A program made the translations under genes and the position numbers. Shown piece after piece: positions 19,349 to 30,047 of a DNA stretch of 64,000 nucleotides. The notes under the pieces were generated by a model. The model made no database searches and had not been told where the DNA came from. It was given only the letters and a program-made list of their open reading frames with translations. The stretch is from Terriglobia bacterium (lineage in GTDB: Bacteria > Acidobacteriota > Terriglobia > 20CM-2-55-15): contig CBDAOY010000007.1 of assembly GCA_965198225.1 (NCBI GenBank), positions 862,045-926,044 on the forward strand, written 5' to 3'. The stretch's first letter is position 1. Every line of letters begins with the position of its first letter.

Positions 19349-20596
19349 TCAATCCGGACTGGTTTCGAGATGGTTCACTGCGACCCTGCCGTCCGTAACC
19401 ACGACGACGACGTCCTGCAGCGCGATGATGTCGTCCAGCGGATTCTGGTCGACGACGATCAGGTCGGCTTCCATCCCAGCTCTGATCGAGCCGGTACGCT
19501 CCTCGATGCCCAATAACTCTGCGGCCGTCGTCGTCGCGGACTGAATCGCGACCATCGGCGGAAGTCCGGCGCGGACGAGTTCCTCGACCTCGTGTTGTAT
19601 CCTGACGACGCTGCCGGGCGAGTAGCCGGTGTCGGTCGCCGCGACGACCTTGACTCCAGCCTCGTGTGCTTTGCGGGCCGCCGCCAACAGTCTCTCGTAC
19701 ATGAATCGTCCGCGGATCTGCAGGGTCGGCGAGTCGTAGTCGCCCCCTGGATGCATCAGGTCGGTGACGATCGCGATGGTGGGAACCAGGAAGGTCCCGT
19801 TCTGGCTCATCAGACGGATTGTCTCGTCGCTCACGTATGTTCCGTGTTCGATGCTGCGCACACCAGCCCGAACCGCGGCCTGCGCCCCACCGTCGCCGTG
19901 AGCGTGAACCGCGACCGGAATACCGCGCTCCGAAGCGGTTTCCACCGCCGCGGCGATTTCCTCCTGGGTGAAGATCTGGCGGCGCGGGTTCGTGTTCGGC
20001 AGCCCGGCCCGGTCGGTGGCGACCACCTTGATGAAATCGACGTCGTGTTCGAGGAGCTTCGACACGACACGCCGGATGTTGGCGGCCCCGCGGACCTTGT
20101 TCGGACCCATCAGATCGCCCAGAGAAGGCTCGTTGATGAAGAAACTGGGATCGATAGTCGGCCGCACGTGGTAGCCGGCAGCCAGGATCTCGGGTCCGTC
20201 CAGGTATCCATTGTCGCCCAGGTCGCCGAGTCCGGCATCGGCAAAGTTTGCGACGCCCATGCTTCGCGCAGTCGTCACGCCTGAAATCAGGGCCGCCCTC
20301 GCCTGCCCGGTGCTCGCGATGTGGACATGCGCGTCGATCAAGCCCGGGAGCAGATAGCGACCCTCCAGGTCGATCGAGCGGATGCCTTCCGGGACGCTGC
20401 CGTCTCTCGATACGCTTTCGATCTTGCCCTCGCGAACTATGACTGTTGCGTTTTCGACAGGCTCCGCTCCACTACCGTCGATCACGACCGCGTGCGTGAT
20501 TACCAGATCTCCGGTCCCCTGGACGGCCTCGACATTGGGAACCGCTGCAGCCAGAAGGATCAACACGATCGAGATCGGTACTGAGTTCTTTGTCAT
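19349..20596 (-). CDS. Amidohydrolase-family metal-dependent hydrolase, secreted
   Basis: Start is taken at MTKNSVPISIVLILLAAAVPNVEA (signal peptide). The ORF-track start lies inside the MITE-A copy and reuses its sequence. Motifs LIDAHVHIAS and VAVHAHGDGG fit the amidohydrolase metal-binding pattern. Confidence 0.75.
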   Translation of the reverse strand: MTKNSVPISIVLILLAAAVPNVEAVQGTGDLVITHAVVIDGSGAEPVENATVIVREGKIESVSRDGSVPEGIRSIDLEGRYLLPGLIDAHVHIASTGQARAALISGVTTARSMGVANFADAGLGDLGDNGYLDGPEILAAGYHVRPTIDPSFFINEPSLGDLMGPNKVRGAANIRRVVSKLLEHDVDFIKVVATDRAGLPNTNPRRQIFTQEEIAAAVETASERGIPVAVHAHGDGGAQAAVRAGVRSIEHGTYVSDETIRLMSQNGTFLVPTIAIVTDLMHPGGDYDSPTLQIRGRFMYERLLAAARKAHEAGVKVVAATDTGYSPGSVVRIQHEVEELVRAGLPPMVAIQSATTTAAELLGIEERTGSIRAGMEADLIVVDQNPLDDIIALQDVVVVVTDGRVAVNHLETSPD

Positions 20597-20649
20597 TGAT
20601 TGATTCAACACTCTAGACCTCCTTGTAAGGCGATCGCCCGTCTGCTCGC

Positions 20650-20800
20650 TTCGAGTCGCCTGTAACAGTGCTATCGGCACCATCGCCGCCGTCTTCGGTG
20701 TCGTAACGCCCTCGCAATGAAACAGCATTGGCTCGGGGGGCACTCCTAGAATCCGACGCCGTTCGGCCGAACGCTGGTACCGATAGCACTGTTACAGGTC
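20650..20800. repeat. MITE-like element, family A copy 2 (short form)
   Basis: CCTGTAACAGTGCTATCGGCACC ... GGTACCGATAGCACTGTTACAGG terminal inverted repeats. The internal ~100 bp are nearly identical to 9540-9660. It lies about 55 bp upstream of the amidohydrolase start. Confidence 0.65.
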
Positions 20801-20953
20801 ACTGGTGACCTCGAAGACCTTATAGAGTCGGACAACTTCGATGTCAAGGCCGCATGCACGTGACGATTCTACTTGACGCAGGGTGCCCTAATGCGAGATC
20901 AAGAGGCCAAACAGCTCTGGTCGCATCCGCGGTGAGGATCGCGTCGATGACGG

Positions 20954-21316
20954 GTGGCTATGGTGACGGTTGAACAGCGTGACAACGACGGTATCCCTGT
21001 GCTCGATGTGACAGGGCGTCTGTCCGCGGGCGAGGCGGCCGACTACCTGGTGAACCGCGTACGGGTAGCTATGGAGGCTGGCGGTAATCGGCTCGTCATC
21101 AACCTCTCCGGCGTGGGCTATATCGACAGCCTGGGTCTGGAGGCGCTGCTGGAGATCCACAATCTGATCCGCGGTAGAAAGGGCGAGGTCAAACTGCTCA
21201 ATCCGACCGAAAAAGTCGAAGAGTTGCTGCGGATGACACGGCTGACCACCGTGTTCGACATTGATACCGACGAATCGGCGGCCGTGGCAGCGTTGAAAGA
21301 GACTGGCAAGTCTTAG
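20954..21316 (+). CDS. STAS-domain anti-sigma-factor antagonist (SpoIIAA-like)
   Basis: 120 aa with the motif VINLSGVGYIDSLGLEALLEI, typical of SpoIIAA/RsbV proteins. Confidence 0.75.
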   Translation: MAMVTVEQRDNDGIPVLDVTGRLSAGEAADYLVNRVRVAMEAGGNRLVINLSGVGYIDSLGLEALLEIHNLIRGRKGEVKLLNPTEKVEELLRMTRLTTVFDIDTDESAAVAALKETGKS

Positions 21317-21411
21317 AAATCAGTTCGAAGTCCGAGGTCCAAAGTCTGCGAAGAGTGGGATAGACAGTGGATTCGATCCTCGACCTTGGACCTCGGACGC
21401 TGGACTGTAGT

Positions 21412-22248
21412 CTAGTTGATCTGTACCATCGGTCCCGGGAAGATCGCAAACCTCAGGCTGCTGCCTTCCCGAAAATAGAAACGCAGCTGGTAGGCTCCGG
21501 TCGGAACGAACAAGCGCCCCAGCCTGACCGGCAGCGGCTCCGACAGCGACTCCTGCATCTCCGGCGACCACAGGTCCACGAATTCCGCTATCCGAAAGGT
21601 CCCTGCTCCGGCCGACACCACTGGGAAGTTGGTTACGGCTCCCCACCCGAACTCTGTCGGAACCGGGTCCTTCGTGTATGCCTGGACCGAAGCGAACAGC
21701 TGGGTCGCCATGATTTCGACGGTGAGAACCTCGCGCCCTGCCGCCTGGGACACTCCGACGCCCAGATGCGTCGAACCCGCGGTGAGGATGTTCGCCCGGT
21801 GTCCCGGACTGCCCATCAGGCTTTTCATGACATCGCGGGCGACGCTGGCGGTTTCGGTGAGGTCTCCGCGAATCCCCATCCAGATGTTCTCCGCCGTGGT
21901 TCCGATCAGGCGGCGGTGCCGTTCGGCTACCCTTGCGGCCGGACCCTGGCCGTCGGGGTTCTGGTGACTGAAGAACTCGCGTTCCATCATGTCCATGCTG
22001 TGGTCCCGTGCGATCTCGGTCAGCTCGTTTTCGTGCACGACGGCATTCAATCCGTGTTCCAGACGGATCTCGTTCACCCTTTCGAAGATGAGCTTCTCCG
22101 CCCGCAGGAGAAGGACCTGGGTCCGTTGCGGTGTGAAGATTTCCTGCTGGCCGGACTCCGCCGAAAGCGTCGGCGTGCCTTGGGGAACGAGCGACAGCGC
22201 CAGGGCGACGAGCAGCGTCAGCAATATGGGCACTCGGTTCGTGTTCAT
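21412..22248 (-). CDS. CAP (SCP/PR-1-like) domain secreted protein
   Basis: Has a signal peptide and the motifs FFSHQNPDG, GHRANIL and HLGVGV characteristic of CAP/YkwD domains. Confidence 0.7.
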   Translation of the reverse strand: MNTNRVPILLTLLVALALSLVPQGTPTLSAESGQQEIFTPQRTQVLLLRAEKLIFERVNEIRLEHGLNAVVHENELTEIARDHSMDMMEREFFSHQNPDGQGPAARVAERHRRLIGTTAENIWMGIRGDLTETASVARDVMKSLMGSPGHRANILTAGSTHLGVGVSQAAGREVLTVEIMATQLFASVQAYTKDPVPTEFGWGAVTNFPVVSAGAGTFRIAEFVDLWSPEMQESLSEPLPVRLGRLFVPTGAYQLRFYFREGSSLRFAIFPGPMVQIN

Positions 22249-22374
22249 CGAATTTGCGAGGTGTCGAGTTCGCGGATCAACTCCATTTTACACGTGTTCG
22301 CATCGGATGTGCCTGCGGCGTCAAGCTTCGAAACGGCTTCGAACCCGGGAGGGCTCAGGCGGTTCGACTGGCCA

Positions 22375-22539
22375 GCCCGGATTATTCATGGATTGTCTAC
22401 TGCAGCGGCGGATACACTCGCAGATACGGCGTTGCGCTAACGGGTCGCCCTCGGCATTCGATCCAGACACGCCGTCTTCGCGCGCCTTGTCTCTGCGGCG
22501 TCTCCACCGCTTCGCGACGACAACCACGAATAATCCGGG
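22375..22539. repeat. MITE-like element, family B copy 2
   Basis: Terminal inverted repeat CCCGGATTATTC...GAATAATCCGGG. The subterminal GGATTGTCTACTGCAGCGGCGGATACA and GCTTCGCGACGACAACCACGAA match copy 1 at 5663-5897. The IS1182-like terminal inverted repeat begins at its last base. Confidence 0.6.
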
Positions 22540-24075
22540 CTAGGAGTCTGCGCGGCAGAGCGCAAAGAACTCGGACTGATTGGGATTTGAGAGGGTCTTC
22601 GGAGGAGAATCGACCGATTCTTCCGATACGACGAGTTCAGAGTTGTACGGACACCCGTAATTGGCCGTGTATCGGGTCTGCCGGGTTGCGGTTTTCCGGA
22701 TTATGCCCATTCGATCTTCCCGTTCATCCGTCGTAAGTTCACCGCCAGAGTGACCAGATTCCACTCCCCGGTCACTTTGTCCAAACCGCGTAGACTGAAC
22801 TGTCGGAATCCGAGCACCGACTTGATCCACCCGAAGGGCGGCTCACCAATGTGCTTTCGGGCCCGGTAGCGGTCACGCCCACGCTTGGTTTTCATCTTTC
22901 TCATCATCCGACCAACAGCGGTGTCTTTGGGTGGGAGTGGGGCACGGGCGAGATCCTTCTCGCGACCCATCGCAACATACCCGTCAATCTGACGTTGTTC
23001 CAACATCCCCAGATTTGACTCGGATCGATATCCCGCATCGGCCAGCACGCGGTCGGGACGCTCCCCCAGATTGTCGCTCAACGCATCCAGCGTGGGTTCC
23101 AACTGCCCCACATCCGATGCATTGTCAGTCACCGTTGTTGCCACGATGATCCGGGCCTGGGAATCCACCACCGCTTGCGCGTTGTAGCATTGCTGGAACC
23201 CTTCGGTGGAGGTCTTCATCATCCGGCTTTCCGGGTCGGTGAAGTTGTCCTGGGCCGTGGGTTTAGGTTCCCCCATGGGACGTTTGAATGGCTTCTTTCC
23301 GCATCCGGGTTTGTGATCTTTGGTGTTCCGTCCCGCTTCCTTGTCCGCGGCCATCTGACGTTCTTCGAGCCGCTTCATGGCCGCCTGTATCGTGGCCAGG
23401 CGCTTCTTGCGCGTGGCCAACCCGTCGGGCAGTTCGTCTCCGCGCCGGTCCTTGCCGTATCGCTCGTCTTCGTCCTCATCGGTCGCCTCGGCCCGGTTCA
23501 ACAGATCCCGAATCTGTTCACCCAATTCGGTCTCCTGCTTTTTCATGCGTTCGTAGCTCATCGCTTTGCGTTTGCTTGCATTCGCCCGCATCTTGGTCCC
23601 GTCCACCGCCACGGTTCCCATCTTCACCAGTCCCGCTTCCCGCGCCATCATCACCACTTGCACAAACAGGTTTCCGAACTCCTCAAGATGCAGTTTGCGA
23701 AAATCCGAGATCGTTCGGTGCGCCGGAAAGTTCTCCGCTCCCAACATCCGGAACGCTACGTCGTCGGTCAACTTCGCCGCGATCTTCCTGGACGAGAACA
23801 CTCCGGTCGCGTACCCATAAATCAGCACCTTCACCATCATCCGCGGATCAAACGCCTGATTGCCCGGACCCTCGGTTCCATACCGCTGTTCGAACGCGCT
23901 CAAATCCATCGCGTCCACCGCGTCCGATATGAAGTACGACAGGTGATCTTCGGCCAACCAATCTCTCAACGACGGTGGCATCAGCAGTGTTTGTTCTGGG
24001 CTATAAGTCCGATAGGTTCGTGCCATGACATATCTTCGATCTTTATCCGCCCAATTCCGGTCCTTCTGCCGCGCA
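22539..24075 (-). mobile_element. IS1182-family (IS5-superfamily-like) insertion sequence
   Basis: Perfect 21-bp terminal inverted repeats GCTAGGAGTCTGCGCGGCAGA at 22539-22559 and inverted at 24055-24075. They enclose a single transposase gene. Confidence 0.8.
22701..24026 (-). CDS. IS1182-family DDE transposase
   Basis: 441 aa. The N-terminus MARTYRTYSPEQTLLMPPSLRDWLAEDHLSYF is typical of IS1182-family transposases. The C-terminal DDE region ends ..NLVTLAVNLRRM. Confidence 0.85.
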   Translation of the reverse strand: MARTYRTYSPEQTLLMPPSLRDWLAEDHLSYFISDAVDAMDLSAFEQRYGTEGPGNQAFDPRMMVKVLIYGYATGVFSSRKIAAKLTDDVAFRMLGAENFPAHRTISDFRKLHLEEFGNLFVQVVMMAREAGLVKMGTVAVDGTKMRANASKRKAMSYERMKKQETELGEQIRDLLNRAEATDEDEDERYGKDRRGDELPDGLATRKKRLATIQAAMKRLEERQMAADKEAGRNTKDHKPGCGKKPFKRPMGEPKPTAQDNFTDPESRMMKTSTEGFQQCYNAQAVVDSQARIIVATTVTDNASDVGQLEPTLDALSDNLGERPDRVLADAGYRSESNLGMLEQRQIDGYVAMGREKDLARAPLPPKDTAVGRMMRKMKTKRGRDRYRARKHIGEPPFGWIKSVLGFRQFSLRGLDKVTGEWNLVTLAVNLRRMNGKIEWA

Positions 24076-24080
24076 GACTC

Positions 24081-24479
24081 CTAGCGGCCGGCGGGTCTTG
24101 CAAACCGGATCTTCAAGTCGGCGTTGGGGAATGTGATCACATCATCGAAGTTTAGAGCGTGGCTGCCTTCCACCTTGGAGCCGTTCACGAGGACGCCCAT
24201 CCGCTGGCCCAGATCCTGGAGCTCGAATTTTCCGTCGTCGTGGGCGATACCGATGGATTTGCGGGACATGCCGCCGTCCTGCACGAGCACGTGGTTTCCC
24301 TTTCCGCGTCCGATCCGGAGAGGGAACTCCCGCACCGGGATGTTGCACGGCTGACCGTACGGGACAGTGGCTTCGGGATCGTCGGCATACTTAGGCGAGT
24401 CCTCGACTCGTGCCGCAGGTGAAACCTCCAGCACGGCGAGTGGCGGACTTTCTGATGACATTTTTTCGGGCCCCGACAC
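24081..24479 (-). CDS. FHA-domain protein
   Basis: The C-terminal ~90 aa form an FHA domain (RIGRGKGNHVLVQDGGMSRKSIGIAHDDGKFELQDLGQRMGVLVNG). Confidence 0.7.
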   Translation of the reverse strand: MSGPEKMSSESPPLAVLEVSPAARVEDSPKYADDPEATVPYGQPCNIPVREFPLRIGRGKGNHVLVQDGGMSRKSIGIAHDDGKFELQDLGQRMGVLVNGSKVEGSHALNFDDVITFPNADLKIRFARPAGR

Positions 24480-24650
24480 TCCAGTGGAATTCCTCGGATC
24501 TTATAAGAAGTTGATCTTCCAGGTCAAAATGTGAAATGTCAAATCTGCAATCTCGAATCTTGCGTGCGGAACGGCCATGCCCGGTTGGCGTTGCGAAATT
24601 CTGGGCGTAGGCGGTAGCCTATCGAAGCTCTGAATGATGTCCGCGAAGGA

Positions 24651-26216
24651 GTGTGCGCCATTTCAACTGCCAGATCTTTCGTTCCGGTCGTCGCCATGTT
24701 TGTCTGTCTGCTCGGCGGTGCGTGGGCCCAGGAAGAAGAATTCGCAGTCGAGGAAGCGACGATCTCCCAAATCCACGAGGCGATGAGCTCGGGGCAAATC
24801 ACCAGTCGCGCACTCGTCGAGATATACGTGGATCGAATCGAGGCATACGATAAAGAAGGGCCGCGGCTGAATTCCGTGATTTTCCTCAATCCCGAAGCAC
24901 TCACGCGCGCCGAAGAGTTGGACCGGCGTTTCGAGCAATCCGGGTTGACCGGCCCCCTCCACGGTATCCCTATCCTGCTCAAGGACAACGTCAACACCGC
25001 GGACATGCCCACAACTGGCGGATCCCTCAGTCTCGAGGGAGTCGTTCCCCCCGACGACGCCTTCATCACGAGGAGACTCCGCAGTGCGGGCGCTATCATT
25101 CTGGCGAAGGTCAACCTCCATGAATTCGCGACGCGTGGAGAGACCCGGAGTTCCGTGCTCGGTCAGACGTTGAACCCTTACGACCTGACGCGAACTCCAG
25201 GAGGATCGAGCGGAGGGACCGGCGCGGCGGTGGCGGCGAACTTCGGTGTCGCGGGCATCGGCACCGATACGGTCAACTCGATCCGGTCTCCTGCGTCGGC
25301 AAACAGCCTGGTAGGAATCCGGCCCACCTTGGGCCTGGTCAGCCGTGGCGGCATCATCCCGGTGTCGTCCACACAGGACACCGCAGGCCCGATTGCCCGG
25401 ACGGTCGCAGACGCTGCGAGGGTGTTGGAAGTGATCGCCGGTCGCGACCCTCTAGACGAGGCCACCGCCCTCAGCACGTTTAGCACGGGTCGGTCGGGAG
25501 GGTACCTCGACGCTCTGGACGCGGACGGTCTGCGAGGTGTTCGCCTGGGCGTGCTGCGGAGTTTTCTCGGTTCAGAAGACGTGCACCGGGAGGTCAACCG
25601 CGTGGTCGAACGGGCGCTCGTCCGGTTGCGGGACCAGGGTGCGAGCGTCGTCATGATCGACGAGGTGTTCGATGCGGACCGGTTGATCGCCGACATCTCA
25701 GTCCATGCCCACGAGTACAGAGGCCTGTTGAACGACTACCTCGCGAGGCTCGGAAACAACGCGCCGGCTTCGCTGGAGGAGATCATGTCGTCCGGCCGCC
25801 ACGACCCGAGCATTGCCGGGTTCTTCAAAAGCGCGATCGACAACGCGTCGGCGCGAGACGACTACGACCGAAGACTCCGGCGCCGGGAGGAGCTGCAGGC
25901 GCGGCTGAGCCGGCTATTTGAAGACAATCGTCTGAACGCGCTCGTCTATCCTCTGCAGAAGAGATTAGTCGTTCCGATTGGTGAGGATCAGGTCGAGCGC
26001 AACGGAATCCTCGGTGCGGCCAGCGGTTTTCCCGCAATCACGGTTCCCGGCGGTTTTTCCACTGCAACCCAAACCGCGCCGATCGGTGTTCCGGTCGGAA
26101 TCGAATTCCTCGGCCGGCCGTGGAGCGAAACGAAACTGATCAGTATCGCTTACGCGTTTGAACAGGCAACGCGTTTCCGGCGAGCGCCGGTGAGCACACC
26201 GCCGCTCGGTCGCTGA
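24651..26216 (+). CDS. Amidase (amidase-signature family), secreted
   Basis: Amidase-signature stretch GGSSGGTGAAVAANFG..GTDTVNSIRSPA, with an N-terminal signal peptide. Confidence 0.85.
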   Translation: MCAISTARSFVPVVAMFVCLLGGAWAQEEEFAVEEATISQIHEAMSSGQITSRALVEIYVDRIEAYDKEGPRLNSVIFLNPEALTRAEELDRRFEQSGLTGPLHGIPILLKDNVNTADMPTTGGSLSLEGVVPPDDAFITRRLRSAGAIILAKVNLHEFATRGETRSSVLGQTLNPYDLTRTPGGSSGGTGAAVAANFGVAGIGTDTVNSIRSPASANSLVGIRPTLGLVSRGGIIPVSSTQDTAGPIARTVADAARVLEVIAGRDPLDEATALSTFSTGRSGGYLDALDADGLRGVRLGVLRSFLGSEDVHREVNRVVERALVRLRDQGASVVMIDEVFDADRLIADISVHAHEYRGLLNDYLARLGNNAPASLEEIMSSGRHDPSIAGFFKSAIDNASARDDYDRRLRRREELQARLSRLFEDNRLNALVYPLQKRLVVPIGEDQVERNGILGAASGFPAITVPGGFSTATQTAPIGVPVGIEFLGRPWSETKLISIAYAFEQATRFRRAPVSTPPLGR

Positions 26217-26241
26217 ATCTCTTCTCCGACCCCTGAAAAGC

Positions 26242-28326
26242 ATGACCGGAAAAATTCGGATAGCAACTGACATCGGAGGCACGTTCACGGATCTGGTGTA
26301 TTACGAGGTCGATCGTGAAACCGGCGCTCTGCAGGCAGTGAAGACTGCCAAGACGCACACGACCCCGCCCGACTTTGAAGTGGGTGTCATGGATGCGCTG
26401 CAGAAACAGAATGTCGATCTCCGGGACGCCGAGTTCTTCGCCCACGGGACGACGGTCGTCATCAACGCCCTGACTGAGCGAAAAGGCGTCAAGACAGGGT
26501 TGATCACGACGCGGGGTTTCAGGGATGTCCTCGAGATCGGGCGCGGTAATCGGCCCGACTTCTTCAACCTGCGCTATTCCAAGCCCGCCCCCTTCGTGCC
26601 GCGCTTCCTCCGGAAGGAAATCACCGAGAGAGTCACTCATTCCGGAGAGGTGCATACACCGCTCGCAGTCGATGAAGTCGACGGGATTCTCGAAACATTC
26701 CGGGAAGAAGGCGTCGAAGCGATTGCGGTGTGCCTGCTGCATGCCTACCGAAACCCCTCCCATGAGGAGCTTCTTGAAGCCAGGATTCTGGAAGCCTGGC
26801 CCGAGGTTGCCGTTGCGATCTCTCACAGGATCACGCGGGAGTGGCGGGAGTACGAGCGAACGAGCACGACCGTTCTCTCGGCCTACGTTCAACCCATCGC
26901 TCGGCACTATCTCGATCGCCTGGAAAAACGGCTCGCCGGCGAGGCGTTCGACGGCACCCTCTACATCATGCAGTCCAACGGCGGGATCGACACTATCGAG
27001 GCAGCCCGTTCGACTCCGATCACGATGGTCGAGTCGGGACCGGCCAGCGGCGTTCTGGGCGCGGCGATGCTGGGCAAGTTGATCGGCCAGCCCAATGTGA
27101 TCGCGCTCGATATCGGCGGGACCACCGCAAAATGTTCGTTGATCGAAGACGACCAGGTGCAGGTGACGAGCCAGTACCTGATCGAGCGAAGCCGGACCTC
27201 GGCTGGTTACCCGGTGATGACCCCGGTCGTCGATATCGTTGAGATCGGAAACGGAGGCGGGAGTATTGCCTGGATCGACGAGGACAATCGTCTCAGAGTC
27301 GGTCCCCGCAGTGCCGGCGCCGTGCCCGGACCGGTCGCCTACGGACAAGGCGGCACCGAACCGACGACGACCGACGCGCACCTGCTGACCGGTCGTATCG
27401 ATCCAGGCTACTTTTTCGGTGGCGAGATCACCGCTGACATGCAGGCTGTCGAAAGCGCGCTCGCCGAACTCGGAGCCCGGTTGGGCCTGAAGGCCGACGA
27501 GGCCGCCCGGGGTGTGATTCGCATCGCGAACCACAACATGATCAATGCGCTCAAACTTGTCTCCATCAACCGAGGCCACGATCCCCGTGATTTCACGATG
27601 ATTGCATTCGGCGGTGGTGGGGCGATGCATGCCACGGCATTGGCCGAGGAGCTCAACGTTCCGAAGGTCGTCATACCGTCGAACTCGGCGGTCTTCTCGG
27701 CCTGGGGCATGTTGATGTCGGATCTTCGGCGAGACTATGTGCGCACCCGACCCATCGTCGTCCGCGACACCGCCGCGCTTGAGATCAACACGGTTCTCGA
27801 GGACATGGAGGCGTCGGCGACGTCGGAATTCGCGGGTGACGGGATAGGCCGCGATCGGTTGAGATTCGAACGGATGGTCGACATGAGGTATGACGGCCAG
27901 GAACACACGGTTCGGGTCGTTCTGCCCGCGGGCAAGATCGACGGGGAATCGTTGCCACGGATCATCGAACGTTTTCACGAGAACTACGAAAGGGAATACA
28001 CCTATCGGTTGGGGAACGAGGTGCAGCTGGTCAGCTATCGACTCGTTGCCTTCGGACACGTCGACCAGCCCGGGCTGGAGCGCCTGCCGGACTCGACAAA
28101 GGCATCAGAGCAGCCCCTGAAGGGTCATCGCGAAGTGGATTTCGATGCGCGCGGCACCCATCGTGCTACGATCTGGGATCGTCAACAGCTTCGAACCGGC
28201 GACAGCTTTGAGGGTCCTGCGATCATCGAGGAGCCTGCCAGTACCACTATCGTGTTCCCGGGCCAGAGCGTTGAAGTTGACGACTACGGCAACCTGCATG
28301 TCCAGGTGCGGCACGGAGGAGGATGA
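26242..28326 (+). CDS. hyuA: Hydantoinase A / N-methylhydantoinase A / oxoprolinase-family subunit
   Basis: MTGKIRIATDIGGTFTDLV N-terminus and 694 aa. Forms a canonical pairing with the following hydantoinase B gene. Confidence 0.85.
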   Translation: MTGKIRIATDIGGTFTDLVYYEVDRETGALQAVKTAKTHTTPPDFEVGVMDALQKQNVDLRDAEFFAHGTTVVINALTERKGVKTGLITTRGFRDVLEIGRGNRPDFFNLRYSKPAPFVPRFLRKEITERVTHSGEVHTPLAVDEVDGILETFREEGVEAIAVCLLHAYRNPSHEELLEARILEAWPEVAVAISHRITREWREYERTSTTVLSAYVQPIARHYLDRLEKRLAGEAFDGTLYIMQSNGGIDTIEAARSTPITMVESGPASGVLGAAMLGKLIGQPNVIALDIGGTTAKCSLIEDDQVQVTSQYLIERSRTSAGYPVMTPVVDIVEIGNGGGSIAWIDEDNRLRVGPRSAGAVPGPVAYGQGGTEPTTTDAHLLTGRIDPGYFFGGEITADMQAVESALAELGARLGLKADEAARGVIRIANHNMINALKLVSINRGHDPRDFTMIAFGGGGAMHATALAEELNVPKVVIPSNSAVFSAWGMLMSDLRRDYVRTRPIVVRDTAALEINTVLEDMEASATSEFAGDGIGRDRLRFERMVDMRYDGQEHTVRVVLPAGKIDGESLPRIIERFHENYEREYTYRLGNEVQLVSYRLVAFGHVDQPGLERLPDSTKASEQPLKGHREVDFDARGTHRATIWDRQQLRTGDSFEGPAIIEEPASTTIVFPGQSVEVDDYGNLHVQVRHGGG

Positions 28327-30030
28327 CAACAAAAGGGACATCGACTGACCTGACGCCCGAAGAATTCGATCCCGTTACGGTCGAGATCATCCAGAGCTCG
28401 CTCGGAGCGATCACCGACGAGATGTTCGCCACGATGCGCAAGACAGCGATGAGCTCGATCATTATACGAAGTGCTCGACTTTGGAGTGGCCGTCACCGAC
28501 GCACGAGGGAACCTGGCGAGTTCGGGCAACGGAATACCTCCTTTCGTCGGCATGCTCGACTGGGCGGTCCGAACCGTCCTGGAGAAGCACGGCCGGCCAG
28601 GCGCCGTCCGTCCGGGCGACATCTTTGTCACGAACGATCCCCACCGTGGCGGGGTCAGTCATCTGAACGACGTTGCCATGGTTCTGCCCGTGTTCCTTAA
28701 AGATGAACTGATTGCCTGGGTCGCGAACAAGGCCCACTGGGTCGACGTCGGCGGGATGTCGCCGGGCAGTATCAATCCCGAGGCCACCGAAGTTTTTCAG
28801 GAAGGGCTTCAACTGCCCGAGGTGAAGCTGTTCGAATGTGGGGAACCGATCGAGCCGGTCTTCGACATTATCAAGGCCAACAGCCGGCTGCCGGACACGA
28901 CGATGGGCGATCTGTGGGCGGGTGTGGCATCCATGCGAGCCGGGGAGCGACGTTTGCTGGAGCTGGTGGAAAAGTACGGCAAGAACACGCTCCTGTATGC
29001 GTTCGAAAACTACCTGGATTACGGAGAGGCCGTATCTCGACGGGCATTATCGGAGCTTCCGAAAGGAACATTCGAGGCTGAGGACTTCCTCGACGACGGG
29101 CGACGTCTGTTTGCGCGTGTCTCCATCACTGACTCCGAGTTCGTCGTCGATCTCGGCGGCAACCCCTCGCAGGATGACGGGCCCTTCAACACTTCCTACG
29201 CGGCGACACTGGTTCACGCCCAGGTCTTCTTCAAGGCTGTCACGAGCCCGGACACGGTCGCCAACTCGGGCACGTTCCGTCCCCTGAAAGTGATCTGCGA
29301 CGAGGGATCGATGTTCAATGCCCGGTATCCGGCCGCCCTCGGGCTGTACTACGAATGCGGCATCCGCGTGTTCGACGTCATGTGGAAGGCGCTGGCGCCT
29401 CAGGTCCCGAACCGACTGACCGCCGGGCACTACAGTTCGATATGCGGAACCATCATCGGCGGTATCCATCCCGAGACCGGCCGGCCGCACAGTTTCATCG
29501 AACCGGAAATCGGCGGATGGGGCGCCACCGATGGGAAGGACGGCGACAGCGCCCAATACACCGGGGCGCACGGCGACACTTTCAACTGCCCGGTCGAAGT
29601 CAATGAGGCCCGCAACGGCGTTCACATCGATCAATACGCTTTCAACCAGGAGCCAGGCGGAGACGGACGGTTCCGGGGCGGCAAGGGGATCTATCTCGAC
29701 TACCGCATCCGCGGGCGGGACTCCTGGATCACCGCCATGTACACGCGGGGCAAGCACGCACCGTGGGGTCTTCGAGGAGGCCGAGAGGGGACCTACAACT
29801 ATGTCCGGATTCTGCGCGGCAGCGGAGCCGACGAGACCTTCAACACCTGCACGGGCTTGAGGCTCGAACCCGGGGACGTCGTTCGCGTCGTCACCGCGAC
29901 CGGTGGAGGATATGGCGATCCCCGGGACCGGCCCCGCGAGCGAGTCCTGGAAGACCTCAAGAACGAGTTCATCACAGCTGAACAGGCGCGCGAAGTCTAT
30001 GGGGTAGAGGTAGGGGGGAGTGGGTCGTAG
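28323..30030 (+). CDS. hyuB: Hydantoinase B / oxoprolinase-family subunit, with an apparent +1 frameshift near 28464
   Basis: The N-terminal ~47 aa (DPVTVEIIQSSLGAITDEMFATMRKTAMSSII) are in the frame of ORF 28323. The rest (YEVLDFGVAVTDARGNL..) is in the frame of ORF 28471. One extra nucleotide in ATCATT[A]TACGAA separates them. Confidence 0.8.
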
Positions 30031-30047
30031 GCCGTTGTTGCGGGGGA

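Noticed and set aside
20597-20743. Longer N-terminus (MPPEPMLFHCEGVTTPKTA..) for the amidohydrolase, and the 70-aa ORF 9386..9598 with the same peptide
   Set aside because: Both are translations of the MITE-A repeat. The amidohydrolase has its own signal peptide starting at the internal Met.
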